Positions 50,871 to 62,934 of a stretch of 64,000 bases of DNA are shown here, one piece after another. Within the stretch, counting starts at the first letter, position 1. Every line of letters starts with the position of its first letter. The position numbers were made by a program, and so were the translations under genes. The DNA is from Malacoraja senta (lineage: Eukaryota). Below the pieces are notes generated by a model. That model had not been told where the DNA came from. It searched no databases and worked only from the letters and a program-made list of their open reading frames with translations. The stretch spans positions 9,488,001 to 9,552,000 of the forward strand of contig CM075991.1 of NCBI GenBank assembly GCA_038087875.1. The letters are read 5' to 3'.

Positions 50871-51542
50871 AGATCTGAATAAATCATTGTCAATATCAGT
50901 CATAGTGTCATACAGCGTGGAAACAGGCCCTTTGGCCCCCAACTTGCCCACAACGACCAACATAAGTTCATAAATTAATAAGTGATAGGAGCAGAATTAG
51001 GCCATTCGGCCCATCGTCTAAACCGCCATTCAATCATGTCTGATCTATCTTTCCCTCTTAACCCCATTCTCCTGCCTTCTCCCCATAACCACCGACACAC
51101 GTATCAATCAAGAATCTAGCTAGCTCTGCCTTAAAAACATGTCCCATCTGCACTAGGCCACCAGCCTGCGAGTGGCCCAAAGTCCTGTGCTGTATGGCTC
51201 TAAGTGAAGGGAAGGGAGCGGAGCACAACGTGCTGGAGTAACGATGTGCAAGTTATGTAAGGATTGTGATTAAATGCATTTCAATTTCCAATAAGCCACA
51301 AGACACTCAGGCTGAAGGTCCTGTTCCCATGCTATATCTCCAAAGTCTAAAGTAAAATATAAGGACATGGTGGGCTGAAGAACCTATTTCAGCGCTGTGT
51401 TACTTTATGACTGAGGCCTCTCAATGTACTTTCGAAGCCAGCAAATTGCTTTGACTTAGAGGAAATTGTGTTTTATATTACAATGTTTTTGAGAAGAGAT
51501 TTCATCAGCGACTAAAATGCCACACCATGTGTAAGTTTAAGA

Positions 51543-52140
51543 TTAGTTTAGTTTAAGTTCAAAGATACAGCACGGAAACAGGCCCTACGTCCACCATGTC
51601 CACGCCGACTGCCGACCACACTGGCTATTTGTTACCCACTCACATCCACTCCCTTGCACACTTGGGGCAATTTACAGAGGGCCAATTAACCTATAAGCCC
51701 GAATGCCTTTGGGATGTGGAGACACACGCGGGTCACAGGGAGAACGTACAAACTCCACATAGACAGCACCCGAGGTCAGGATCGAACCCGGGTCTCTGGC
51801 GCTGTGAGGCAGCGGCTCTACTAGCTGCGTCACTGTGACTGTTTAGTTTAGAGATACAGCGCGGAAACAGGCCCTTCAGCCCACCGGGTCCGTGGCCGAC
51901 CAACGATCCCCGCACACTAGCACCATCCTACACACACTAGGGACAATTTACAATTTTACCAAGCCAATTAACCTCCAAACCTGTGCATCTTTGGAGTGTG
52001 GGAGGAAACCGGAGCTCCTGGAGAAAACCCACTCGGGTCACGGGGAGAACGTACAAACTCCCTACAGACAGCACCCGTAGTCAGGATCGAACCCGGGTCT
52101 CTGGCGCTGTTAGACAGAAACTCTACCGCTGTGCCACCGG
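51543..52140 (-). mobile_element. Two tandem tRNA-derived SINEs
   Basis: Copies at about 51543-51835 and 51841-52140. Confidence 0.8.
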
Positions 52141-52850
52141 ACCTTCTGCCGTTCTAACCTCCTTTTCTGAAAATAGCTTTCAGACAATTAATACCAGATA
52201 TCGTTTCAGAAATAATGTCCTCCGGTGCTTCCTTCATGGAATCACAAATGAGGAATGTCAGCGCGAGGAAGACATTAGTGGGCAGATGAAGACGTTTCAG
52301 AGGCCAACAAGATCCCATGAACTATGTGGTGACATTTTAGGAATGGATGAGGCCAAGCATGGGATAGATACCAGAGGGAAAGAAAACCTATATTTTTTTA
52401 ATTAATAGTTTCATTTGGTATTTTCACAGAAATATATAAAGAAATAATATCCTTGACCCAGGTCTCCATTTCCTGAAAGATTATTCCTGGAATGTGGTGA
52501 TGTTTGTTTTACTATTTCTACGGACTTCCATGTTGAATTAAAAAAGATTCTCAAGTGAATTCTGGATTGCTAGGTAATATAAGAGCTTGTGTGAAAATGT
52601 TACCTAAAGTCTAAATACAGTCATCGGTCGAGGTGATTGATGGATTTCATTAACTGAACATATGGAGGGATGTGAATATGTCAGATCTCCACCAAGGTCT
52701 CACTCAAGGCACTGAAAAGAATAACAGGTTCCCTTTGAAATAAAGCTATATTTAAAAAGTCTCGCAATTATGTCGCACCCCAGTCTCCTCTCCCAGGGTC
52801 GATCCACATTGAACAATATTCCATCCCATTCTTATGTTTCACTTGTCATT

Positions 52851-53405
52851 GTTTAGTTTAGTTTAGTTTCGAGATACAGCGCGGAAACAGGTACTTCGGC
52901 CCACCGAGTCCGCGCTGACCAGTGATCCCCGCACATTAACATTATCCTACACACACTAGGGGCGATTTTACATTTACACCAAGCCAATTAACCTACATAC
53001 CTGTACGTCTTTGGAGTGTGGGAGGAAACCGAAGATTTCGGAGAAAACCCACGGGGAGAACGTGATGTTTCGAATGTGCCACTTTGGAGTAACCAGGGTG
53101 CCAGCATCAACATTGCATCTGCAGTTTAGTTTAGAGATATAGAGCGCGGTAACAGGCCCTTCGTCTCATCGAGTCCATACCAACCAGTGATCCCCGCACA
53201 TTCACACTATCCTACACACGTTTGGGACAATTTATAATTACACCAGGCAAATTAACCTACAAACCTGCACATCTTTGGAGTGTGGGAGGAAACCGAAGAT
53301 CTCGCAGAAAACTCACGCAGGTCACGGGGAGAACGTACAAACTCCCTACAGACATGCACCCGTAGTCAGGATCGAACCTGGGTCTCTGGCGCTGTAAGGC
53401 AGTGG
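52851..53405 (-). mobile_element. Two further tRNA-derived SINE copies
   Basis: Copies at about 52851-53062 and 53123-53405. Confidence 0.8.
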
Positions 53406-55169
53406 CTCTTTTGTTGATAGATTATTGGACCTGTACCCAACTGACTGGGCCATTGACCGAGGGACACAAGTTCAAATCCTGCCATGGCATTGACGAAGTT
53501 AGACTGGGGTAATTGGGCTGGTTCAGGCTGATGGATCCTCAGTAAATGTAAGTGTGCATACCAGGCTTCTGCGTTTGGGCACTGCAGAAAAGATTATGGA
53601 ATAGACTGGGCTTATTTCCACCACCGGACTCACCAGTGTCTTGGGGAAGCCTTTAATGTTCTTAGCTGAGGGCTGGGTCTGACCTCTTGTCTTTACACCA
53701 GCCATTACTGGCACACTTAGTGCAGCCCCATTCATCTCAGTGAGATTTGCAACCGCTAGTAAAGGTTTAGCCCCCAAAAAAGGCACCAAGTCTAATCTGT
53801 GTCAGGAGGGCCTGCAGATGGAGGTTAAAACCAAAGACAGACACAAAAGGCTGGAGTAACTCAGCGGGTCAGGCAGCATCTCTGGAGAAAAGGAATAGGC
53901 GACGTTTGAAGTCGAGACACTCCTTCAGGGTGTCGGATCAAAACGTCACATATTCCTTTTCTTCAGAAATGCTGCCTGACCCGCTCAGTTACAAAGTCTG
54001 TCCTGCTAGGTTTTGTCCTCCCCATCATCTCTTCCAGGTCAGGGTCGAAACTGGGTCTCTGGCGCCGTGTAGCTCCCCATATCCCTTGATTCCATTAGCC
54101 CTAAGTGCTATATCTCTCTCTTGAATACATGCCTTGAATACATATACAATGGCACTGCATTCCCTTGTCTCTGTACTGTACACTGCACAATGACAATAAA
54201 GTTGAATCTGAATCTGAATCATAAGAGACCCCGCTTAGTATTAAATTAAAGTTCATACTCCTGAGATGCACCTTGCAACATGTCACTTGGATGTCATATA
54301 AATGTGAGTCGGTTATAGCGTCTCCTGACTGCTCCTTGAGGCATGAAAAACAATTTCCTATCAGCAGTTCATCAGCTTTGTTGCGGCAGCTTAAGAGAAC
54401 TTCAGCAGCGCGCAGGTCTTAAATATGCTGTTATTTACACAGAGTAATTTCAAGCCTCAGTTCTCCCATCTATTCCTGTTTGCTCGTCACTAACTGCTAT
54501 TTGATGACCCCAGACCTTCAAGCTCAGCAGCAAGAAAACTGACAAAAGAAAGTACACAAATATTTCTCGCAATACAGGACACCCTCTGACCACAGGATGG
54601 TGTTCGTTACTGCGGATTATCCGCTATAACCAAGTAATGTATTATGGTTGTACAAGCAGTTGAAACAAACAACTGCAGTTGCTGGTTAATGCATAGAAGG
54701 ACACAAAATGCTGGAAAAACTCAGCGGGTCAGGCAACATGTTGTTTAAGAAGGAACTGCAGATGCTGGAAAATAGAAGGTAGACAAAAGTGCTGGAGAAA
54801 CTCAGCGGGTGCAGCAGCATCTATGGAGCGAAGGAAATAGGCAACGTTTCGGGCCGAAACCCTTCTTGGAGAACATGGATAGGTGATTTAGTTTAGTTTA
54901 GAGATACAGTGCAAAACAGGCCCTTTCGGCCCACCGGGTCCGCGCCCACCAGCGATCCCCGCACACATTAACACTGTCCTATACCCACTAGGGACAATTT
55001 TTACATTTACCAAGCCAATTAACCGACAGACCTGTACGTCTTTGGAGTGTGGGAGGAAACTGAAGATTTCGGAGAAAACCCACGCAGGTCACGGGGAGAA
55101 CGTACAAATTTGGGGAGAACGGGATGTTTCGAGTCGAGACCCTCTTCAGCTACTCAGTGCGTAACTGGG

Positions 55170-55783
55170 CCTAGAATCCAGATTCAGCCTCGTCTTCAGA
55201 TTCAGACGAGTGCAAGGAACGCTCCCAACCCGAAACATCATCCATCCTCGAGCCCTCTGTTGCCGGGACGATCATGGCTCCCGTAGTCGGCGGCATTTGG
55301 GCCCTCCGCATCGGGGCGATCAGCTCCTGCATCGGGGGGATGTCAGCTCTCCCGCGCCGGGCTATCGGACCCCGCGTCGGGGCTGGTCGAGCCTCTGCAT
55401 CGTTCGAGCTTCCCAACTCGGCCTCTCCCGAGACTGCGAGCTCTCGATGGTAAAGTCCGCAGGCCGTGGTTGGAGCTATCCCAGGCAAGGGATCAGCTCC
55501 GATGTTAAGTCCACGCCCCGCGGTGTGGCTCAAAGTCAGTCCGAGGAGGCCTCCAGCTCCATCGATGTTCGGCCGCAGAGCGACCGGAGATACGTTCCGG
55601 AAAACAATCGCATCTCCAGCAAGGTACGAAACTGAAAACAAGTTTCCCCCTCCCCCACCCCCCAAGTAAAACAAACCAGAGAACATTTACACAAACTTTT
55701 AACACACACAAAAAATAAAAAAATGACGAAAAACCAGATAGACTGTTGGCGGGGCTGCCAATCGTGCGGCGCCCCCTGGTGGA
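55170..55783 (-). mobile_element. GC/CpG-rich retroelement 5' portion, similar layout to 48.0-48.9 kb
   Basis: Same order on + strand: CpG-rich body, poly-C, A-rich tract, gac..gactg, GC-rich end. Confidence 0.45.
55769..55782 (-). promoter_or_regulatory. CTCF core motif
   Basis: CCACCAGGGGGCGC, matching the canonical CTCF consensus. Confidence 0.5.
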
Positions 55784-56852
55784 ACAACCTGTTTCTAACA
55801 TTTAATTGCAGCTCCAGGCGAGGTCTGTCAGTGTTTAGTGCAGATCACACTTAACCCTCCCACCTGTATGCATTGCTGAAGCAATCTTCACTTAAATGGC
55901 CTTCTCTTCCATTTAAATTTTGTTAGTTTAGTTTAGTTTGGAGATACAGCGTGGAACAGGCCCTTCGACCAACCGAGACCACACTGAGCAGCGATCCCCC
56001 ATTCACGCCAGCTCCATGTTATCCCACTCTCTTGGCCACTCCCGACACACGGGAGGGGGATTCTGCATTGACCTACGAACCCGCACATCTTTGGGATGTG
56101 GGAGGAAACGGGAACAAAATCACGCGGCCACTTTTGATAGAATTCGCACACTCATCTGGCTTCTGTCTCATTGCTCAGTCGAAAGGCCAAAGCAGAGAGT
56201 AAAAACAATGCCATTGCATCAGTACACTTCCCATGTCACACTGACATAACTGAACATTCGCCAAAGTAAATAAGAGAGGCACATACATAGTGGAGGAATT
56301 AGACACGACTATCTGAGATTGGAGGGGTGGCAAAAGTCACAGAGATCTCATGAACTATTCAGCAGAAGAAAGGCATTCAGTCAGTTATTTACAGTCAATT
56401 GTATTTGTATAGCACATTCAAAAACAACTCACGTTGACCAAAGTGCTTTACATCAGTGCAGATACTAATGGTACACACACATAACAATACCCTTATAGCA
56501 TTCCCTTATAACACATACTTCAGCTTGCGCTATTATGGTCCTATTTACCTGGTATTATTGATAGTTTGTTGTACACTTATTTGTTTGTGTTTAAGATGCC
56601 TGTAAAGTTGTCACAAGCACGAATTTCAACGTTGTGGGCACAGTGCATACAGTATGACCAGTAAACGCTCTTGACTCTTGTCCTTAACATATCTGCCAGC
56701 CTTGAAGTTTATCTCCACAGTTTACTGCACGTCCAAGGTAATGTTCAGGTTAAGTGCATGAATATAAATCGTATCCTATTTGCCAAGTCTAGGTCATTAA
56801 TATACATCCAGAAAGGAAAACCTTGGGGAAAGCATTCTCCTATCCCCTCCCA

Positions 56853-57236
56853 TTCAAGATTCAAGATTCAACAGAGCTTATTGTCATGTGTCCCTGATAG
56901 GACAATGAAATTCTTGCTTTGCTTCAGCACAACAGAACATAGTAGGCATGAACACAGAACAGATCAGTGTGTCCATATACCATTGTATAAATATATACAC
57001 ACATGAATAAATAAACTGATAAAGTGCAAATAAACAGATAATGGGCTATTAATGTTCAGAGTTTTGTCCGAGCCAAGTTTAATAGCCTGATGGCTGTGGG
57101 GAAGTAGCTATTCCTGAACCTGGTCGTTGCAGTCTTCAGGCTCATGTACCTTCTACCTGAAGGTAGCGGGGAGATGAGTGTGTGGCCAGGATGGTGTGGG
57201 TCCTTGATGATACTGCCAGCCTTTTTGAGGCAGCGA
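56853..57236 (-). mobile_element. Rex1/Babar-like LINE 3' fragment
   Basis: RCLKKAGSIIKDPHHPGH..LPSGRRY..TTRFRNSYFPTAIRLLN; (TCTTGAA) tail. Confidence 0.75.
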
Positions 57237-57263
57237 CTCCCATTACCTTCCTTTGGTTTAAAG

Positions 57264-57299
57264 GGGTCTGAAGAAGGGTCTCGACCCGAAACGTCGCCC
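57264..57299 (+). ncRNA. Minimal hammerhead ribozyme motif with 4-bp stem I
   Basis: GGGU-CUGAAGA-A-GGGUC-UC-GACCC-GAAAC-GUC-GCCC. Confidence 0.65.
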
Positions 57300-57943
57300 A
57301 TTCCTTTTCTCCAGAGATGCTTCTTCTTCTTTTCGTGTCCATCTTGTTACAAATGTTGACCTCGCTGTCATCGTCCGTCCTGAAAAGGACGCAAGCTTCC
57401 GGCGACAATCAGTGGGAGCTGTCTCTTGTGGCAATAGATGATGGTGGTAGCAGAATTAGTTCAGGATACTTCCAGTTTCCAGCCACGTGACGTGGATGCT
57501 TCTGCTAAGGGGCTTCCAGAGATGCTGTCTGACCATCTGAGTTACTCCAGCTGTTTGTGTCTTTCTTTGGTTTAAAGCAGCATCTGCAGTTCCTTCCTAC
57601 ATAACCCATCACTGTTGCTTTCTATAGCGAAGCCAATTATAGACAATAGACAATAGACAATGGACAATAGGTGCAGGAGTAGGCCATTCGGCCCTTACCA
57701 AGCAATTACCTATCATTGCTGTAGCAATGGTAGAACGTGCAAACAAACTGGAGGTCATGATTGAACGTGGGTCACTGAAGCCGTGAGGCAGCAGCTCTAC
57801 TTACTGTGTCATACCTGATTTCTTAAGAAAGTCCTACCCAACAGGTGAAAACAGCCCATGTGCCACCAAACTCCCAGTCACGCATGTAAGGAAAGAGATG
57901 AAAAAAGGAACTGCAGCTGCTGGAATCTTGAACAAAACAAAAT

Positions 57944-58208
57944 GGGGCGGCACGGTGGCGCAGTGGTAGAGTTAGTGCCTTACAGCGGGTACGGTCCTGA
58001 CAAAGGGTGCTGTCAGTACGGAGTTTGTAAGTTCTCCCCGGTCACCACGTAAGTTTTCCCCGGGTGCTCCGGTTTCCTCCCGCACTCCAAAGATGCACAG
58101 GTTTGTAGGTTAATTGGCCTCAGCAAATTGTCCCTAGTGTGTGGGATAGTGCTAGTGTACGGGGTCATCGCTGGTCGGCGCGGACACGGTGGGCCGAAGG
58201 GCCTGTTT
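57944..58208 (+). mobile_element. tRNA-derived SINE; tail replaced by the CR1 pair
   Basis: ggcggcacggtggcgcagtggtagag..gggccgaagggcctgtttc. Confidence 0.8.
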
Positions 58209-58827
58209 CAATAGACAATAGACAATAGACAATAGACAATAGGTGCAGGAGTAGGCCATTCGGCCCTTCGAGCCAGCACCGCCATTCAATGTGATCATGG
58301 CTGATCATCCCCAATCAGTACCCCGTTCCTGCCTTCTCCCCATATCCCCTGACTCCGCTATTTTTAAGAGCCCTATCTAGCTCTCTCTTGAAAGCATCCG
58401 GAGAACCTGCCTCCACCGCCCTCTGAGGCAGAGAATTCCACAGACTCACCACTCTCTGTGAGAAAAAGTGTTTCCTCGTCTCCGTTCTAAATTCCTGATG
58501 TTGGGGGAGTCCAGAACCAGGGGCCACAGTTTAAGAATAAGGAGTAAGCCATTTAGAACGGAGACGAGGAAACACTTTTTCTCACAGAGAGTTGGTGAGT
58601 CTGTGGAATTATCTGCCTCAGAGGGCGGTGGAGGCAGGTTCTCTGGATGCTTTCAAGAGAGAGCTAGATCGGGCTCTTAAAAATAGCGGAGTCAGGGGAT
58701 ATGGGGAGAAGGCAGGAACGGGGTACTGATTGCGGATGATCAACCATGATCACATTGAATGGCGGTGCTGGCTCGAAGGGCCAAATGGCCCACTCCAGCA
58801 CCTATTGTCTATTGTCTATTGTCTATT
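58209..58827. mobile_element. Head-to-head pair of CR1 3' ends
   Basis: Minus copy 58209-58492 and plus copy 58493-58827; tails point outward. Confidence 0.85.
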
Positions 58828-59323
58828 ATCTATCTCTCCCTCTGAACCCCAATCTCCTGCCTTCTCCCCAAGAATTGGCAGACTGCACACAGTTATTGGT
58901 CGAGGTGAGAATACAATCTGGGTCGCTGGAGATGTGAGCCAATGTTCCTTTGTGCCAACTGCCCGAGTATTTGTGTTTGTTGGCAAGACTACGTCTACAG
59001 TATGATCGTCAATACGTTGTTCCACTCTCGCCTGGTGGGTGACTCAGAATTGGATGGTGGGCAAGATCATAGTGGCTTTGCGTAGATGTGTTCATGGTGA
59101 AACTGTGGAAAGCACTGGAGGCTTGACGAAAGCAGACAAATGCCTGCGGCTTAATTCCTTCGACATCCAAAGGCTGGCCAAAAGAAACATCCACTCAAGG
59201 AAACAAAGTTGGGTCTAACTTTGAAAGTTAAAAGTAAACGGGCGAGACCCTATGATGCGTGTTTGGCATTCAGTGCTCTGACCTTCCAGCCTATCAATGC
59301 CCATCTATGGATGGAGTGATCAA

Positions 59324-59367
59324 GAATGAGTCTGAAGAAGGGTCTCGACCCGAAACGTCACCCATTC
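59324..59367 (+). ncRNA. Minimal hammerhead ribozyme motif with 7/8-bp stem I
   Basis: GAAUGAGU-CUGAAGA-A-GGGUC-UC-GACCC-GAAAC-GUC-ACCCAUUC. Confidence 0.65.
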
Positions 59368-60039
59368 CTTCTCTCCAGAGATGCTGCCTGTCCCGCTGAG
59401 TTACTCCAGCTTTTTGTGTCCGTCCTCGGTTTAAACCAGCATCTGCAGTTCCTTCCTACACATGAAATATTGAGAGGTTGAGTTGCAAAACCTGAACGAT
59501 TTCAAGGCAAAGCGAGAGGAATGCAGAATGAGAGAAAGAAAAGAACTAAAAGGACATTTATACACAGGCAGAGTTAAAAAGGATTGGCAACCAAAAGAAC
59601 TATTGTTGCTCCGTACATTATTACATTGAAAATGCACGTTGAATAGAAAAAGAGATTAAAGGACAAGATTGAGAGAATATAAAATAAAAAATATAAAATG
59701 CTGAGTTACATCAGTTCTTTGTGTCTCTGTTTAGTTTAGAGATACAGCATGGAAGCAGGCCCTTCAGCCCACCAAATCCATGCTAACCAACGGTCACCCA
59801 TACACTAGTTCTATCCCACACACAAGGGACAATTTACAGAAGCCAATTAACCTACAAACCTGCACGTCTTTACGATGAGGGAGGAAACGCACGTGGTCAC
59901 GGGGAGAACGTACAAACTCCATACGGACAGAACCCGTGGTCAGGGTCAAACTCTGGCCCCTGTAAATCTGCAACTCTACCGCTGTGCCACTGTGCGTCCT
60001 TTTCTGTATTAATCAGCATCTGCAGCAGATTGTGTCTTA

Positions 60040-60955
60040 AGGCCCTGTCCCACTTACGTGTCCTTCGCACGCAAATTACGCGACCTCGTCGTCGCGTTGA
60101 GGCGCACGGGCATCGTGTGGCCGGTCCCACTGAGAAGCGCGGAGGGGTATGGAGTTGTGCGCGGTATCGTGCGCCTCTCCGGGATTTTGTACCGAACGAC
60201 ATCTTCGCGCGCCACCGGCCTGTCACGTAACTGATGGCCAAAGTGGGACAGGCCCAAGCCCCTGGCACGACGCAACGTCTCTCCTCCAACAGCAGCAGAA
60301 GCAGGCAAACGATCGCCGAACTCGGCCTGGGGCTCAAGGCCGTTGCAGATCCAGATCCGCCCCCACTTCTACTCCCAGAGCAGGGCCAAGAAAATTGAAG
60401 ATAGACACAAAATGCAGGAGTAACTCAGCGGGACCGGCAGCATCTCTGGAGAGAAGGAACGGGTGACGTTTCGGGTCAAGACCCTTCTTTCAGACTGAAG
60501 AACGGTCTCGACCCGAATCATCACCCATTGCTTCTCTCCAGAGATGCTGCTGGTCCTGCTGAGTTACTCCAGCTTTGTGTCCATCTTCAATTTTCTTGGC
60601 CCCGCTCTGGGAGTAGGAGTGGGGGCGGATCCGGATCGCAACGACCGTGAGCCCCAGGCCGAGCTCGACGATCGTTTGCCTGCTTCTGCTGCTGTTGGAG
60701 GAGAGACGTTGCGTCGCGCCAGGGCCTTGGGCCTGTCCCACTTTGACCGTCAGTTACGCGACAGGCCGTTGGCGCGCGAAGATTTCGTTCACTACGAAAA
60801 TTTCGGAGCCCCGCGCGATGTCGCGCACAACTACATATCCCTCCGCGCTTCTCAGTGGGACCGGCCCCGCACGGCCATACGATGCCCGTGCGCCTCAACG
60901 CGACCACGAGGTCGCGTAATTTGCTTGCCAAGGACATGTAAGTGGGACAGGCCCT
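60040..60955. mobile_element. Composite palindromic Harbinger-type MITE containing an inverted PLE terminal-repeat doublet
   Basis: Outer TIRs AGG(C/G)CCTGTCCCACTTAC(G/A)TGTCCTT; TTA on both sides; halves are reverse complements about 60493. Confidence 0.8.
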
Positions 60956-61078
60956 TTACACCGAAGATAGACACTAAACACTGGAGTAACTCAGCGGGTC
61001 AGGCAGCATCTCTGGAGAAAGTCTAAAGAAGGCTCCAATCCGAAATGTCACCTACTCCTGCATTTTGTGTCCATCTTC

Positions 61079-61221
61079 AAATGACGTCACGCGCTCCAGA
61101 CGGCTGTGCGGGCAAATGAAGACGCGCGGGACTCTCGCGGGACCATCGCGCCTCAACGCCTCAACGCGACGACGAGGTCGCGTAATTAGCGTGCCAAGGA
61201 CACGTAAGTGGGACAGGGGCT
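61079..61221. mobile_element. Solo right end of the same Harbinger-type MITE family
   Basis: gaggtcgcgtaatt..gccaaggacacgtaagtgggacaggggct-TTA matches the end at 60908-60955. Confidence 0.65.
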
Positions 61222-61644
61222 TTAGTTTATACGATATAAAATATAGAATGCTGGAGAGAATCTAGACAGAATCTGGGTCTAACGTTTTGCACACAGCAAC
61301 ACATGTGATACATCAATAAAATACAAATTAACTCACCCCCACAGGAGGCTTCCAGCTGGTCAATTTTCATTTAAATATCATCTAAATCGTGCAACTAAAA
61401 TAGCTCACTTTTCAACTCACTCACACTAAATCTCAGTGAGTTCCAGAGGTTGGGATGTAATTGACAATGAGTTGGAAGTGAAGAGAAGTGGCGGCTGAAC
61501 TCGATGACACAAAGTGCGATGCTATTTGTAGACCTTTGCTGAAATGGACACAGAGTTTTTTTGTGGGAAAAGGAACTTTCTCCGAACGGTCGAGTGAATT
61601 TCAAGAGATCTCAGCGACACAGGAAGCGGAGAAACAAATGATCC

Positions 61645-62105
61645 TGCTGCACCAGAGACCCAGGTTCGATCCTGACCACGGCTGCTGTCTGTACGGAGTT
61701 TGTCCGTCTTCCCCGTCGACCTGCGTGGGTTTTCCCCGGGCGCTCCGGTTTTACTCCCACACCCCAAAGACGTGCGGGTTTGTAGGTTAAAGAAGGAACT
61801 GCAGATGCTGGAAAATCGATGGTGGACAAAAATGCTGGGGAAACTCAGCGGGTGCAGCAGCATCTATGGAGCGAAGGAAATAGGCAACGTTTCGGCCCGA
61901 AACCCTTCGCTCCATAGATGCTGCTGCACCCGCTGAGTTTCTCCAGCATTTTTGTCTACCTCAGGTTTGTAGGTTAATTGGCTTGGGTATAAATGTAAAT
62001 TCTCCCCAGTGTGTGTAGGATAGTGTTAATATGTGGGGATCGCTGGTCGTCGTGGACTCAGTGGGCCGAAGGCCATGTTTCCGCGCTGACGCTCTAATCT
62101 AAACT
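61645..62105 (+). mobile_element. tRNA-derived SINE interrupted by a PLE insertion
   Basis: SINE consensus resumes after the GGTTTGTAGGTTAA duplication. Confidence 0.8.
61791..61963. mobile_element. Fold-back PLE terminal-repeat insertion with 14-bp TSD, inside a SINE
   Basis: GGTTTGTAGGTTAA at 61777 and 61964. Confidence 0.8.
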
Positions 62106-62934
62106 ACACCTTACCACCACCACCCTGCAGTTGTGACGTTTATTCCTTTAAATAATTCTGGGCATCACGGGCAAGTGTCATGTATGTAGATGCAATCCGC
62201 AAGTAAGTAGGAAAGCAAACAGAATAATATTATTTATTGCTGGTGAAATTAAATCCAAAATTAAGCACGTTATGCTTCAGTTATAGTCGATCCTGGTGAG
62301 ACGACATATCGGATATTATGTACAGTATTTGTCCTCATTTACGAAAGACAATAGACAATAGGTGCAGGAGTAGGCCATTCAGCCCTTCGAGCCAGCACCG
62401 CCATTCACTGCGATCATGGCTGATCATCCACATTCAGTAACCCGCTCCTGCTTTCTCCCCATATCCCCTGACTCCGTTATCTTTAAGAGCTCTATCTAAT
62501 TGGTGCTGACTTGCTGGGCCGAAGGGCCTGTTTCCGTGCTGTATTGCTAAAATTAAACAAAAAAACGTGCTTAGATCTGAACTAAACAATGAATTCCACA
62601 GATTCACCACCGTCTGGCTCAAGAAATTCCTCCTCATCTCCATTCTAAAGGTACGCCCTTTTTTTCCTGAGGCTGTGCCCTCTGGTCCTGGATTAAACAT
62701 CCTCTCCATGTCCACTCTACCTGGGCCTTTCATTGACCCTCGTTCCCTGTAATACGTCACAGACCTTGTGTGGACATGGAGCCACACATAGCAAGTCAAC
62801 AGATACTAGGAAACATGGTCTACAGAAGTCAACACATGGACTTGTGGAAGAACAATAACTTTAGATCATGGTCGAGAGATAAAATGGTGCTTAGTTCATG
62901 AGAGGAACTCTCCTGCACTTTGTCAAACAAGTTA

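Noticed and set aside
53523..53789. 88-aa ORF in non-repeat-looking sequence
   Set aside because: Non-ATG start, no recognisable homology or convincing splice context.
1105..61030. CRISPR-like or REP-like dispersed palindromic repeats
   Set aside because: Not regularly spaced, no cas genes, eukaryotic context; explained as PLE terminal repeats.
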